A DNA stretch of 64,000 nucleotides from contig NC_068993.1 in the NCBI RefSeq assembly GCF_001194135.2, forward strand, positions 4,132,424 through 4,196,423, written 5' to 3'. The notes beneath the pieces were generated by a model, which saw only the letters and a list, made by a program, of their open reading frames with translations, was not told the DNA's origin and did not search any database. The first letter of the stretch is position 1. Each line of letters opens with the position of its first letter. Both the position numbers and the translations under genes were made by a program. Source of the DNA: Octopus bimaculoides. Lineage: Eukaryota. This document shows positions 51,736-64,000 of this stretch, piece after piece.

Positions 51736-52449
51736 AATGCAGTTCCTTTGTTTAGATCAACTGGGACCCTCACCGTCATAACCAATGGAATACCAGCCTT
51801 TTTTAGGTACCCTGTATAAGTAAAGGGATCACATTCCACTCCAGATATTATACACCCTGTTTCATTCCAGACAACACATTTACTGAAGGTAGACATTATG
51901 CATAATTAGTTAAAACTACTTTGGTAAGCAAACTAATTATTACTAAGCAAGGATGAAACTTTTGCAAAATTCCTGACAATTTTAAAAAACCAAAAATGAT
52001 TACATCCAATTTGTGTTTTTTAATAATGCACTCGATAACTAGAACTGATCACAAATTCAGAGATTCTAATAGTTAAGCTTTGCAGAATATTAACGTTTTT
52101 TTTTTCTTTATGTTGTTTCTTTATTTTTCTTTTCTTATTTTGGTTCAACAGAACATGAGGCAGTAATCAGAAGACAACAGAGTTAAGATATAATTGTTGC
52201 AACAATTTCAGGAATTATAATCAGTAGTTGAAAGTAATATTCATTTTCTTGCTCTGTTTTTCTTTTTCTTTTTTTTTCTTTTTTACTTTTCTTATTTTTT
52301 TTTCTATTTTTCTTTGTTCTGTTTTGTTTTGTTTTGTTTGATAAATTCTGCAAGAAATTCAATTTCTTAATAAAATTATGAATCAAAAAAATGTGTATGA
52401 TTATCTTCATAATGATTAGTTGATCTTGATAATGGTTCTCATGTTGGTA

Positions 52450-52780
52450 AAAGATTATGATGGTGGTGCGGGTGGGGGTGGTGATGATGATGATGATGAC
52501 GATGATGATAGCAACAAAAATGACAGCTAGGATAAAGCTGATGATAATGATGACGCTGGTGATGATAATGTTGGTGGTGATGGTGGTGGCGGTGGTGGTG
52601 GTTGTGGTTGTGGTGGTGGTGGTGGTGGTGGTGGAGGTATTGATGATTATCATGATGGTAATGATGGTGGTGAGTGAGGACAATGCCAGCAATGATAATG
52701 ATGGTGATGATGACGACGGTGATGGCAGTGATGACAATGGTAACGACGAAGGAAATGATGAAGGTGAGGGAATGATAATT

Positions 52781-52820
<40 letters not shown>

Positions 52821-52822
52821 CG

Positions 52823-52854
<32 letters not shown>

Positions 52855-52900
52855 GATGAAGGTAATGACGATGACAATGAAGATGGTGAAGATGATACTG
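52450..52900. repeat. Imperfect (GAT/GGT)n microsatellite
   Basis: Seen directly. Confidence 0.95.
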
Positions 52901-53029
52901 ATCATCAATGTTCGTTATAACCATTATCACAATAATAAACATGATCACTATTACAATTGTCATCGTCATCATATGTATTATCACAATAGTAATCATTATG
53001 TTTACCACCATCGTCGTCATCATTTTCCT

Positions 53030-53250
53030 CATCATCATCATCATCATCATCGTTTAATGTACGCTTTCCATGCTAGCATGGGTTGGACGATTTGACTGAG
53101 GACTGGTGAGACCAGATGGCTACACCAGGTTCCAATCTGATTTGGCAGAGTTTCTACAGCTGGATGTCCTTCCTAACGCCAACCACTCCGAGAGTGTAGT
53201 GGGTGCATTTACATGCCACCGGCACAAAGGCCAGTCAGGCAGTAATGTGT
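53030..53250 (-). mobile_element. Family C SINE/LINE-tail repeat with a (GAT)n tail
   Basis: catcatcgtttaatgtacgctttccatgctagcatgggttggacg...ccttcctaacgccaaccactccgagagtgtag. Confidence 0.85.
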
Positions 53251-53269
53251 ATATGTATGTATATGTTTG

Positions 53270-53445
53270 TGTTTCTGTGTTTGTCCCCCAACATCGCTTG
53301 ACAACTGATGTTGGCGTATTTACGACACGGTAACTTGGCAGTTCAGCAAAAAAAGACCGATAGAATAAGTCCTGGGGTCGATTTGCTCAACTAAAGGTCT
53401 TGCACCAGCATGGCCGCAGCCAAATGACTGAAACAAATAAAAGAA
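53270..53445 (+). mobile_element. Family A SINE 3' half
   Basis: tgtttgtccccaacatcgcttgacaac...gtcctggggtcgatttgctcaactaaagg...aaatgactgaaacaaataaaag. Confidence 0.88.
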
Positions 53446-53773
53446 CATATTTAAGAGAGAGATGTTTTGGTGTAGAAGCTATATTCATTTGGATGTACAC
53501 ATAGAGTTGTTACCAAAGATATATTAATATCCTATAAGACACACACACACACACACGCGAGCGCGCGCACACACACATACACACATGCTCTCTCCTCTCT
53601 CACACCCACCCACATACATGCACACATCCCAAATCCATCATTGTAAGACTCTTCTATGATTATTATATTTGACAAACAACATTGCTTCATGAATTTTTTC
53701 ATGTATATTCTTTTTGTCTCGATGTGCATGTGTGTGTGTGTGTGTGCGTATGCATTCATGAGTGTGAGCGTGC

Positions 53774-53820
<47 letters not shown>

Positions 53821-54138
53821 TGGATGTTGCTTTATTGATTATTTTTGCTATTAGCTATAATTGTCTAAGATATTAACTTGTTTTACTTTATTAAACCTGT
53901 GTGTATACATGCTTACATGTATACTTCATATACATACATTTATCTCTATCCCTATCTCTCTNNNNNNNNNNNNNNNNNNNNNNNNNNNNNNNNNNNNNNN
54001 NNNNNNNNNNNNNNNNNNNNNNNNNNNNNNNNNNNNNNNNNNNNNNNNNNNNNNNNNNNNNNNNNNNNNNNNNNNNNNNNNNNNNNNNNNNNNNNNNNNN
54101 NNNNNNNNNNNNNNNNNNNNNNNNNNNNNNNNNNNNNN

Positions 54139-54197
<59 letters not shown>

Positions 54198-54710
54198 TAC
54201 ATATGTATAGATATAGATAATTACATATATATAGATTTATATATATAAAACACACACACACATATATATATTATATATTTATATAACACACACACACACA
54301 CACACACACATATATGTAATTATCTATATTTATACACACAAGACTTTCAGATATCGAAGTCACTACGCAACTGAAACTTGCTAATGCGTTTTGATGTTTA
54401 TTTTCTTTTGAAGTGCTGCGATGATAATGTAAATTGCTGACTTCTACAAACAAAGGAAATCAGAAGACATAGTAAATGTCTTAGAGGCCAAGATATGTAT
54501 GTTTTTACTTTCTTACAACAAATGATTTATGAAAATTATCTCCTTCACTATTCACGTTCACTTTCCTACACTTTGTCGCATTGATTGGAACCCACTTTCC
54601 TTCTTCTTCTTCTTTTCACCTGCTTCTCTTCTTCTTTCCTCCTCCACTTCTTTTTCTTCTTCGTATTTCCTCCCCTCCCCTCCTCCTCTTCTTCTTCTTC
54701 CTCTTCTTCT

Positions 54711-54780
54711 TTTCGCCTTCTCCTTTTTCTTTTCGCCTTCTCCTTTTTCTTTTCGCCTTCTCCTTTTTCTTTTCGCCTTC
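54711..54780. repeat. 20-bp tandem repeat, 3.5 copies, inside a pyrimidine tract
   Basis: Exact unit tttcgccttctcctttttct. Confidence 0.95.
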
Positions 54781-55189
54781 TTCTCTTCTTCTTTCCTCCT
54801 CCTCCCCTTCTTCTTCTTCTTCTTCTTCTTCTTCAATTTTGATCCGTCATCAGGTTAAGACAGTGAATCAGAGAAAATTGCTGAGCAGCGTTTCTCCAGG
54901 TTTTACAATCTGAGCTCAAATTCAACCAAGGTTGACCTTGCCTCTCAAAATTAATTTTTTAACTAAATAAACCGAGAGCTAAAAACTAAATAAAGCAGAC
55001 TTGTCTTGAGTACTCAAAATCTTTGGACACTCATTATAACTTAGTATCATATTGCACCAATATTATTGAGCACACTTCCCTAAATGAAAGAGCGAATGCA
55101 TTTTATTCATCTCCCTCATGCACTGTACAGGTGTATTTATTAATAATAGAATGGAAAACAAAATAATCATTTAGAATTCTACAAACTAT

Positions 55190-56790
55190 GGCATTATTCC
55201 AACAACAAAAGATAATTGGTTTTAGTGATTATATCTTTGTGGATTCGAAATTCCTTTTGCGATTCTACAGCTCCTGTGTGATGATTTTGAATTCCTCATT
55301 AAGTTCCTTTGTGGCTTACTGCGATTTTTCAGTGCTGGTGGTATGTGAAGTGTTCGAGAAGGTATATTACTTGGAGTAATAGTAATTGTGAAATTGGTGA
55401 TATTGATTTGTTAGCAATATTATTACAATAGGTACATGATCGAGTGGTAACCCTAGGGGAGAAGAAGAAGCTAATGATGTTGGACATGTTAAAACCATTC
55501 ACTTCAAATTTGTAATTATTAATCATCTTTAATTGGAAATTTATATTGGTGTCATGTAATAGCCTTTTATGACACAGCTACAGAATATAGAAACTGTTTT
55601 GATCGGGTCAAAACTAAGATCATGGTTAGCAGATGTGTTAAGAGAATGATGTTTAAAAGCTATTCATTTGTTCAATTAACACCAACTGAGCTTTTTCCTC
55701 TTCACATATAATCCAGCCTGTGTCTCTGCCGACATGAATCATACAATAAACATGTGTGAGAAATCCTATTGTATTGTTCTTGGAATGAACTATTTGTTCA
55801 ATCTCATAAAATAGTTTACTGCTGCTCTTAATTGTCTTCTAAATAATTTCTCACCTGGAGATAACATCCATGCACAAGATGTACTATAATGGTTCAGCAG
55901 TACCTTTAGTCAATTCTCACCAAACTTCCCAAATGATTGTCTGGAAAGCTTGTCAGGCAGACCTTTCTACTGCGCCATTAGATTTTGCACTTTTGATTTT
56001 CTTGGCCGCAAGTGAGCTTTAGCAGTTCTTTAAATGAATGGCACATTGTCAGCAGATACCACTGTCATTGGAAAACTGGAAACGATCAATGTTTGACATT
56101 TCTTTAGATTTATCCAAATTGCAACAAGAACATTAAGTTTTAATAAAGCTGGTTATTTTCTAAACAGTTATGACCAAAGATATCTCTTGGAACATCCAGA
56201 GCTTTTAAAAAAGAGAATTGCAGCACATCAAAAAAATGTACTCCAAACCAATTCCTATGAATATTATTTGTCTCCTAAAAGGCTTTATCTCGATGCAATC
56301 TATAAGACATTCCTTTTTACGGCAAGAAGAAATTCGACTATATTTTATGGGATATTTTGCATAAACTAGTTTATCAACCTCAAAAGTTTCTGCAATTTTA
56401 TTTCCAGTCTGTAACATTATTGTGTAGAATCTTGTATTCTATATTTGACTTTATGGTGGCTTCAACCCATTCTTTGAATTCTTAATTTCAAGGAAATCTA
56501 TTAAAGACGTATTATTAATGCATATATTTGGATTAATTGATTCTTTGGTTCCTTGCAGTCTAGCTTTAACTGCATTTTCTCAAATCTTCCATTCATTCTG
56601 AGTTGCTGCAAAGATGAGTATGTCATCTTGATAGATAATTAGGCCATTAAATTCCTTCATTATAGACTCTACTCAATGTTAGGGAGAATTGAGCTGCTAT
56701 TTTTGAGACCCAGTTGAAGTCTATTGATTAAGTAAATGCCATTGATTACATTTATCATATATAATCTCTGGAGTCTTCAGCCAAACCATT
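55190..56790 (-). mobile_element. Decayed, internally deleted Ty3/Gypsy pol (RT and integrase)
   Basis: RT: NRLQLGLKNSS...GLIIYQDDILIFA (YQDD at 56633-56622)...LIDFLEIKNSKNGLKP. Integrase: FPMTVVSADNVPF and KSNGAVERSA*QAFQT (about 56075-55940), then LSPGEKLFRRQLR. Many stops are present. Confidence 0.85.
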
Positions 56791-56859
56791 CTGATGCTGG
56801 GCACCATGCAAATCAACAAAGGAAAACTACTAAAGTATGATTAAGATGTTTACCTCCTA

Positions 56860-57720
56860 GCCATGTGGCTTTGGGTTCAATCCCTTTGATTGGTACAATA
56901 GACAATTATCTTCTACTATAACCCTGGAGTGACCAAAGCATCAAGACTGGATTCAATTGATGAAAACTGAGTGAAGCCCATTGTGTTTGTATATATGCAT
57001 GTATATATATATATATATNNNNNNNNNNNNNNNNNNNNNNNNNNNNNNNNNNNNNNNNNNNNNNNNNNNNNNNNNNNNNNNNNNNNNNNNNNNNNNNNNN
57101 NNNNNNNNNNNNNNNNNNNNNNNNNNNNNNNNNNNNNNNNNNNNNNNNNNNNNNNNNNNNNNNNNNNNNNNNNNNNNNNNNNNNNNNNNNNNNNNNNNNN
57201 NNNNNNNNNNNNNNNNNNNNNNNNNNNNNNNNNNNNNNNNNNNNNNNNNNNNNNNNNNNNNNNNNNNNNNNNNNNNNNNNNNNNNNNNNNNNNNNNNNNN
57301 NNNNNNNNNNNNNNNNNNNNNNNNNNNNNNNNNNNNNNNNNNNNNNNNNNNNNNNNNNNNNNNNNNNNNNNNNNNNNNNNNNNNNNNNNNNNNNNNNNNN
57401 NNNNNNNNNNNNNNNNNNNNNNNNNNNNNNNNNNNNNNNNNNNNNNNNNNNNNNNNNNNNNNNNNNNNNNNNNNNTATATATATTAACATATGTGTGTCT
57501 TTGTGGCTATGTTTGTATTCCACCACTGCTTAACAACCGGTCTTGGTTTGTTTACATCACTGTAACTTAGCAGTTTGACATAAAAGACTGATAGAATAAG
57601 TATGAGATTCAAAAAAAGAGTGTTGGAATCAATTCATTTGACTAAATATTTTTCAAGTTCATGCCCCAGGTGCCCCAGTATGGCTGCAATCTAATGACTG
57701 AAACAAGTAAAAGATAAAAG
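56860..57720 (+). mobile_element. Degenerate family A SINE spanning an assembly gap
   Basis: A head-like ccatgtggctttgggttcaatccc lies before the gap, and gactgatagaataag...ccagtatggctgcaatctaatgactgaaacaagtaaaag lies after it. Confidence 0.7.
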
Positions 57721-58089
57721 ATATACATATTTGTGTGTGGGGGGGGGNNNNNNNNNNGGGGGGTGTTTGTGCGTGTGTGTGTGTATGTGTGTGTATGTGT
57801 TTGTGTGTGTCTGTGTGTGTGTATGTACACATTATTTTAGTAATGTTCTGTTCAATTTTATACAGCATGGTTACTACTGGCTAACTTTTACTCAACAAAC
57901 ACATCTGCATATAGTTACGCATAAACAGTCTCACACACACACACACACACACCCATACACATCTACATACACCCATACACACATACATACTTGTATATGT
58001 ATGGACAAACTTGCAGAGTTATAGAAAACTTGACTTTCCAAAAATTGGTAATGTTATGGCACTGGATAAGTATCTCTTAGAGTAAAGTG

Positions 58090-58345
58090 CCAAAACCTCA
58101 TGGCATGATGTCATCCAAAGTTACCAGTTAAGTGCTATACTCTGCCATATGGCAGGATTCAGACTCCAGCTTCCAATATTCTATGCATATTTGTACCAAA
58201 GTCCATTTTCTGTGAGACTGTTAAAATTCATAAACCATGTTTATGGAATATGGCTACTATTGATCCATATTCTTTAACCAATTTGCTGATGCTGGTGTTT
58301 CATAATAACGGTTTTCAGTCCTAGAATTTCTTGCCAAAAACTGCA
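58090..58345 (-). mobile_element. Ty3/Gypsy RNase H-region remnant
   Basis: VFGKKF*D*KPLL...TPASANWL...YSINMVY resembles YGRKFTLLTDHKPLL...TANRLQRW...Y.F.MEY. Confidence 0.45.
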
Positions 58346-58517
58346 ATTGTATTTGGCAAATTGTCTTGGTTTTTTTTTTTCTTTTTATATGCTGTGTATT
58401 GTCCTCAGACTAAATAGCAGGACCAAAATTCTTGTTGCTGTTGCTTCAAGTAGCACAAACTATAATATCAAGGTGTGAAGAGACATGCAGACACAGGTGC
58501 ACGCCCGAATGTGTATC

Positions 58518-58550
<33 letters not shown>

Positions 58551-59201
58551 NNNNNNNNNNNNNNNNNNNNNNNNNNNNNNNNNNNNNNNNNNNNNNNNNN
58601 NNNNNNNNNNNNNNNNNNNNNNNNNNNNNNNNNNNNNNNNNNNNNNNNNNNNNNNNNNNNNNNNNNNNNNNNNNNNNNNNNNNNNNNNNNNNNNNNNNNN
58701 NNNNNNNNNNNNNNNNNNNNNNNNNNNNNNNNNNNNNNNNNNNNNNNNNNNNNNNNNNNNNNNNNNNNNNNNNNNNNNNNNNNNNNNNNNNNNNNNNNNN
58801 NNNNNNNNNNNNNNNNNNNNNNNNNNNNNNNNNNNNNNNNNNNNNNNNNNNNNNNNNNNNNNNNNNNNNNNNNNNNNNNNNNNNNNNNNNNNNNNNNNNN
58901 NNNNNNNNNNNNNNNNNNNNNNNNNNNNNNNNNNNNNNNNNNNNNNNNNNNNNNNNNNNNNNNNNNNNNNNNNNNNNNNNNNNNNNNNNNNNNNNNNNNN
59001 NNNNNNNNNNNNNNNNNNNNNNNNNNNNNNNNNNNNNNNNNNNNNNNNNNNNNNNNNNNNNNNNNNNNNNNNNNNNNNNNNNNNNNNNNNNNNNNNNNNN
59101 NNNNNNNNNNNNNNNNNNNNNNNNNNNNNNNNNNNNNNNNNNNNNNNNNNNNNNNNNNNNNNNNNNNNNNNNNNNNNNNNNNNNNNNNNNNNNNNNNNNN
59201 N

Positions 59202-59470
59202 GGACTGAACCCAGAACCATGTGGTCGGTAAGTAAGCTTCTTACCACACTGCCACTCCTGTGCTTATATATATCATTTTAATCTTTTTACTTGTTTCAAT
59301 CATTAGAGTGTGGCCATGCTGGGCCACGGTCTAAGTAAGAACTTTTAGTTGAATGAATCGACCAGAGAACTTAATCTTTTTTAAACCTAGCATTTATTTT
59401 ATCAATCTTTCTTGCCAAGCCACTATGTTATGGGGATGTAAACAAACCAAATTGGTTGTTTAGTAGTGGT
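59202..59470 (-). mobile_element. Family A SINE head (59202-59262) and an older family A 3' fragment (59280-59470)
   Basis: ggactgaacccagaaccatgtggtcggtaagtaagcttcttaccacactgccactcctgtgc is the reverse complement of the head. Confidence 0.8.
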
Positions 59471-60098
59471 TGTTTGCAAACACAAACACAAAGACACACA
59501 GTCACCCCCCCCCCATACACACATATACATAGATACATCATAAATACTTGCGCATATATATGAATGCACACACACACACACATGATGCAGCCACCAAATG
59601 CAAGTTAAAGTTCCAAACGACAAGAAACCATCGAAAGGAGCTGAAAACAGATAGTAATCAACTGTTGATTAACTGTCTTGTTGCTAATTACACCACATTG
59701 CGTTGGTATTCACTACTGACTCAAATTAGGTTTTATTCCTAATTTCAGTAGAGTGTAATCAGTAACCTAGCAACCAACAGATGGATGGTTCAAGACCTCA
59801 TCTTGTATTTCTCATTTGCTTACATTCATAAATTAGTCTTTAGATTTTCACTATTGACTGTATATATTTGCTGTTGCTTTATGCATACATAGATTTACAC
59901 ACACACACACATGCACACACACATGCACACACATATACACACACACACACATACATTCACAGGTTGAAAATTACCACACTCAAGAAAGTATGTTTAAAAA
60001 ATTACTTACACATACATACACAACACTCATACACTATATATATATATATATATAATATATATATAATATATATAACAGGCTGTTAAAGTCTGTCATAC

Positions 60099-60139
60099 CG
60101 GCCATGACGAAGGGAAATAGCCCTGAAACTCGAGTCACC
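60099..60139 (+). ncRNA. Degenerate type I hammerhead motif with palindromic helix III, in a Penelope-like terminus
   Basis: ggcc-ATGACGA-AGGG(aaatag)CCCT-GAAA-CTCGAGT-C-acc. The palindrome ACTCGAGT and the GUC triplet are intact, but C3 and helix I are mutated. Confidence 0.65.
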
Positions 60140-61752
60140 TTTATATATTTATATTTATATATTTGATCCTTTATATTGAACACTCAATATTTCATCTACA
60201 TTCAATACTTTATTTCATGGTGCCATCCATTTTTATTTTATATTATATATTGTATATTCCATATTCTATACCCCACATTGGTTCTGCAGGAATATAAATA
60301 AAACATAAAAAACAGACAGTGTTGGAACTCTTTTAAACAAAATAATATATTCCTCTATACACAATCATACAAAAAAAAACACCTTTTTGGTATTTATTTT
60401 TACTCACATATATATACACACACACACACACACATATATANNNNNNNNNNNNNNNNNNNNNNNNNNNNNNNNNNNNNNNNNNNNNNNNNNNNNNNNNNNN
60501 NNNNNNNNNNNNNNNNNNNNNNNNNNNNNNNNNNNNNNNNNNNNNNNNNNNNNNNNNNNNNNNNNNNNNNNNNNNNNNNNNNNNNNNNNNNNNNNNNNNN
60601 NNNNNNNNNNNNNNNNNNNNNNNNNNNNNNNNNNNNNNNNNNNNNNNNNNNNNNNNNNNNNNNNNNNNNNNNNNNNNNNNNNNNNNNNNNNNNNNNNNNN
60701 NNNNNNNNNNNNNNNNNNNNNNNNNNNNNNNNNNNNNNNNNNNNNNNNNNNNNNNNNNNNNNNNNNNNNNNNNNNNNNNNNNNNNNNNNNNNNNNNNNNN
60801 NNNNNNNNNNNNNNNNNNNNNNNNNNNNNNNNNNNNNNNNNNNNNNNNNNNNNNNNNNNNNNNNNNNNNNNNNNNNNNNNNNNNNNNNNNNNNNNNNNNN
60901 NNNNNNNNNNNNNNNNNNNNNNNNNNNNNNNNNNNNNNNNNNNNNNNNNNNNNNNNNNNNNNNNNNNNNNNNNNNNNNNNNNNNNNNNNNNNNNNNNNNN
61001 NNNNNNNNNNNNNNNNNNNNNNNNNNNNNNNNNNNNNNNNNNNNNNNNNNNNNNNNNNNNNNNNNNNNNNNNNNNNNNNNNNNNNNNNNNNNNNNNNNNN
61101 NNNNNNNNNNNNNNNNNNNNNNNNNNNNNNNNNNNNNNNNNNNNNNNNNNNNNNNNNNNNNNNNNNNNNNNNNNNNNNNNNNNNNNNNNNNNNNNNNNNN
61201 NNNNNNNNNNNNNNNNNNNNNNNNNNNNNNNNNNNNNNNNNNNNNNNNNNNNNNNNNNNNNNNNNNNNNNNNNNNNNNNNNNNNNNNNNNNNNNNNNNNN
61301 NNNNNNNNNNNNNNNNNNNGAGGGGGTGTTGACGATGAAGGGGGAAGGGGAAGGTGGATGTAAGAGAGGGGGAAGATGGGTATGGGAGGGGAGAGGAAGA
61401 GAGGAGAGAGGGTGGGTATAAGAGAGGGAAGGTGGATTGAGAGAGGGGATTGTGGGTATGGGGGGAGAAAGAGGGGGAAGGTGGGTTTGGGGGGAGAAAG
61501 AGAGGAAGAGAAAGAGAGTGAGAGAGAAGAGAATGTTGATTAGTTATTGAATTCAGTAGAATCCAGGCATACTAACATGTAGGATGCCAGAAAGAGATAG
61601 GTACAATTACATAGGGATTACAGTGGGTCATAATAACTATGAAGGCAACATGTGTTGGTATGATGCTGTAGAAAGCTTAGTAAAAAATCGAGTTTAAACC
61701 ACAGATCCAACTCACGCATGATTTACAGGGTGTTGTTTATAGTTGCTTAAGA

Positions 61753-61835
61753 TTTTGCCTGAAGATGGTGGATATTTTGTTGTGACCTAATATATGAATA
61801 CATCGATAAAATGGTGCTGAAACAGCTGCCTTAAA
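61753..61835 (+). ncRNA. Strongly degenerate hammerhead-like motif, Penelope-like terminus
   Basis: CTGAAGA (61759-61765)-TGGTGG...long spacer...GAAA-CAGCTG (61819-61828). Helix II and helix I pairing is poor. Confidence 0.4.
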
Positions 61836-61857
61836 TTTTAAACCCTATGTGTTATTC

Positions 61858-61899
<42 letters not shown>

Positions 61900-63148
61900 T
61901 GTGTGTGCATATGTTTGTATATGTATGTATATGTGTGTATGTGTATGTATGTATATATATATATATATATATATACATTCNNNNNNNNNNNNNNNNNNNN
62001 NNNNNNNNNNNNNNNNNNNNNNNNNNNNNNNNNNNNNNNNNNNNNNNNNNNNNNNNNNNNNNNNNNNNNNNNNNNNNNNNNNNNNNNNNNNNNNNNNNNN
62101 NNNNNNNNNNNNNNNNNNNNNNNNNNNNNNNNNNNNNNNNNNNNNNNNNNNNNNNNNNNNNNNNNNNNNNNNNNNNNNNNNNNNNNNNNNNNNNNNNNNN
62201 NNNNNNNNNNNNNNNNNNNNNNNNNNNNNNNNNNNNNNNNNNNNNNNNNNNNNNNNNNNNNNNNNNNNNNNNNNNNNNNNNNNNNNNNNNNNATATATAT
62301 ATATATATATACATACTGATAATGATATAATATGGTCATTATATAGTAAGGACTGCATGCAAATTTTTTTTATTTTAAAGTTTGTGTAAACTTAATGTTA
62401 TATCTGTTGTATATTAGAAACCAGATACATCTGCTTGAACATTATCAATGAAAGCACTTTTATTATCTATCATTATCGTTTTCTCTTCAATTAAAAATTG
62501 CTCCCACATCGTGTTTGTGGGAACTGAATACTCTATAATTTACTCAATTTATTGGCCCTAAACTGCCTTCTTAGCTGACATGTGAACTGCTATAATTAAT
62601 TTGATTCTGGACTTTACTGAGGAACACCAACAAATCCTATTGCTACAACTTAAGAATTTCATCAAGATTTGGATTCTTAATGATAGTGGTCAGGTTTAGC
62701 ATTATCAATCTCAACTAGGAATATATTCAAACGATGTAATATATTCCTTTTCTTATCCTTTTCAGATTCATTCAATCACAGTGTAACCAGAAGTGATACA
62801 AATTTTAAATAGCTGTACAAGGTATCAAGAATGATCCTAGTGTTGTGTGTGTGCATATATATATCTATACTGTATAATTTATAATAAAAGGGTAAAATCA
62901 ATAATAATTTTACCAGGTAGTCAGTGCTGAAATAAAAACCTCATAGGCAAAGTTTACAAAATATTCTATAATTATATTCATTATTATGACAAGGGATCAG
63001 CAATATGCCTCACCATGCACTGCAAGGCTTTTGGCTTCTATTTCTTGCAGTGCATGGTCAGGCATAAAACTGATTCCTTGTTGTAATTATATATATAATT
63101 ATAAAATATTTTGCATCTATACTATATATGTATATATACAGATATGTA

Positions 63149-63201
<53 letters not shown>

Positions 63202-63435
63202 AAACCCATACTAAGGTACATAAAAGTATACTAGATAGAAGGTTAGTGTGTCTATATATAATATACATATAAATAATTGTATATATGAATATACATACTT
63301 ATACATATAGATGGGTGTGTGTATATGTATGTGTATGCGTGAGTGCATCTAAAAGTACCGGTATGTATTTCAGTGTGTGCTTATGCATCCACATTTTGGT
63401 TTTTGTGCATCGTAGCACTATTTTTACACTCTTAC

Positions 63436-63467
63436 CCAATATGGTTGCAATGCGCTATCTTCCAACA
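63436..63467 (-). CDS. Candidate 32-nt internal micro-exon, unknown gene
   Basis: Acceptor gttgcacttatttgcag and donor GG|gtaaga flank the open frame (V/M/L)LEDSALQPYW. Confidence 0.25.
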
Positions 63468-63962
63468 CTGCAAATAAGTGCAACACAATCAATCTCGTTT
63501 TAAAATAAGAAAAATTTAACCAAGAAAAATAAACTCATAAATGTTGAAGGAAGTCAGAGACAAAAGAAAAAGAAAAGAAAAAAATGTATTGCTGCATTCT
63601 CCAGAGTCTAAAAGACTGCTGCAATGATAAGATATTTGAAAACAAATCAAGAACTCTTTACAGATTCTTCAGCAAAATTATATAATAAAGACAAATACAT
63701 TTGAAAACTATTCTTCCCCTTCATGTAATAAGTAAAATAAAATTAAAATAAAATAAAAGAGAAAATACAAGAAAAATATAATGAAAAGCTAGAAAGATAT
63801 TTTCGTATGAAGTATAAGAATATATAATATTTTATAATATGAAACCAAATTTTGCAGTGAGTCATTCTGTGAGCTTCATTCTTTGAACAATGGAACAATA
63901 ATTAAAGAATAATAGCGATGGCGAGATATGAAGGAATAAATAAGTAGTTTGTGAATAAAGGA

Positions 63963-64000
<38 letters not shown>

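Noticed and set aside
62766-62821. Plus-strand segment between a strong acceptor and an AAG|gtatca donor
   Set aside because: All three frames contain stops. It could be a UTR or terminal exon (SFNHSVTRSDTNFK*), but nothing else supports it.

Overview
This is AT-rich metazoan genomic DNA with about 20 N gaps. It is most likely cephalopod (Octopus-like), inferred from the very high microsatellite load and the recurring tRNA-derived SINE families. No protein-coding gene can be called with confidence. Almost all ORFs in the track are microsatellite or gap artefacts, and only a few short unique segments look like possible minus-strand exons. The window is mostly mobile-element debris: several tRNA-SINE families, mariner/Tc1/Tigger remnants and MITEs, a DINE-1/Helentron-like element, RTE and RLE-type LINE 3' ends, and a decayed Ty3/Gypsy pol. 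The most interesting signal is non-coding. At least three unrelated repeat sequences each carry a minimal type I hammerhead ribozyme motif (31181-31216, 46037-46082, 60099-60139, plus a degenerate one at 61753-61835). One of these sits in a tRNA-headed SINE preceded by an inverted partial copy of itself. A locally amplified fold-back ~300 bp unit at 10.8-14.3 kb carries two hammerhead-shaped but non-canonical junctions and lies between two copies of a ~0.4 kb direct duplication.
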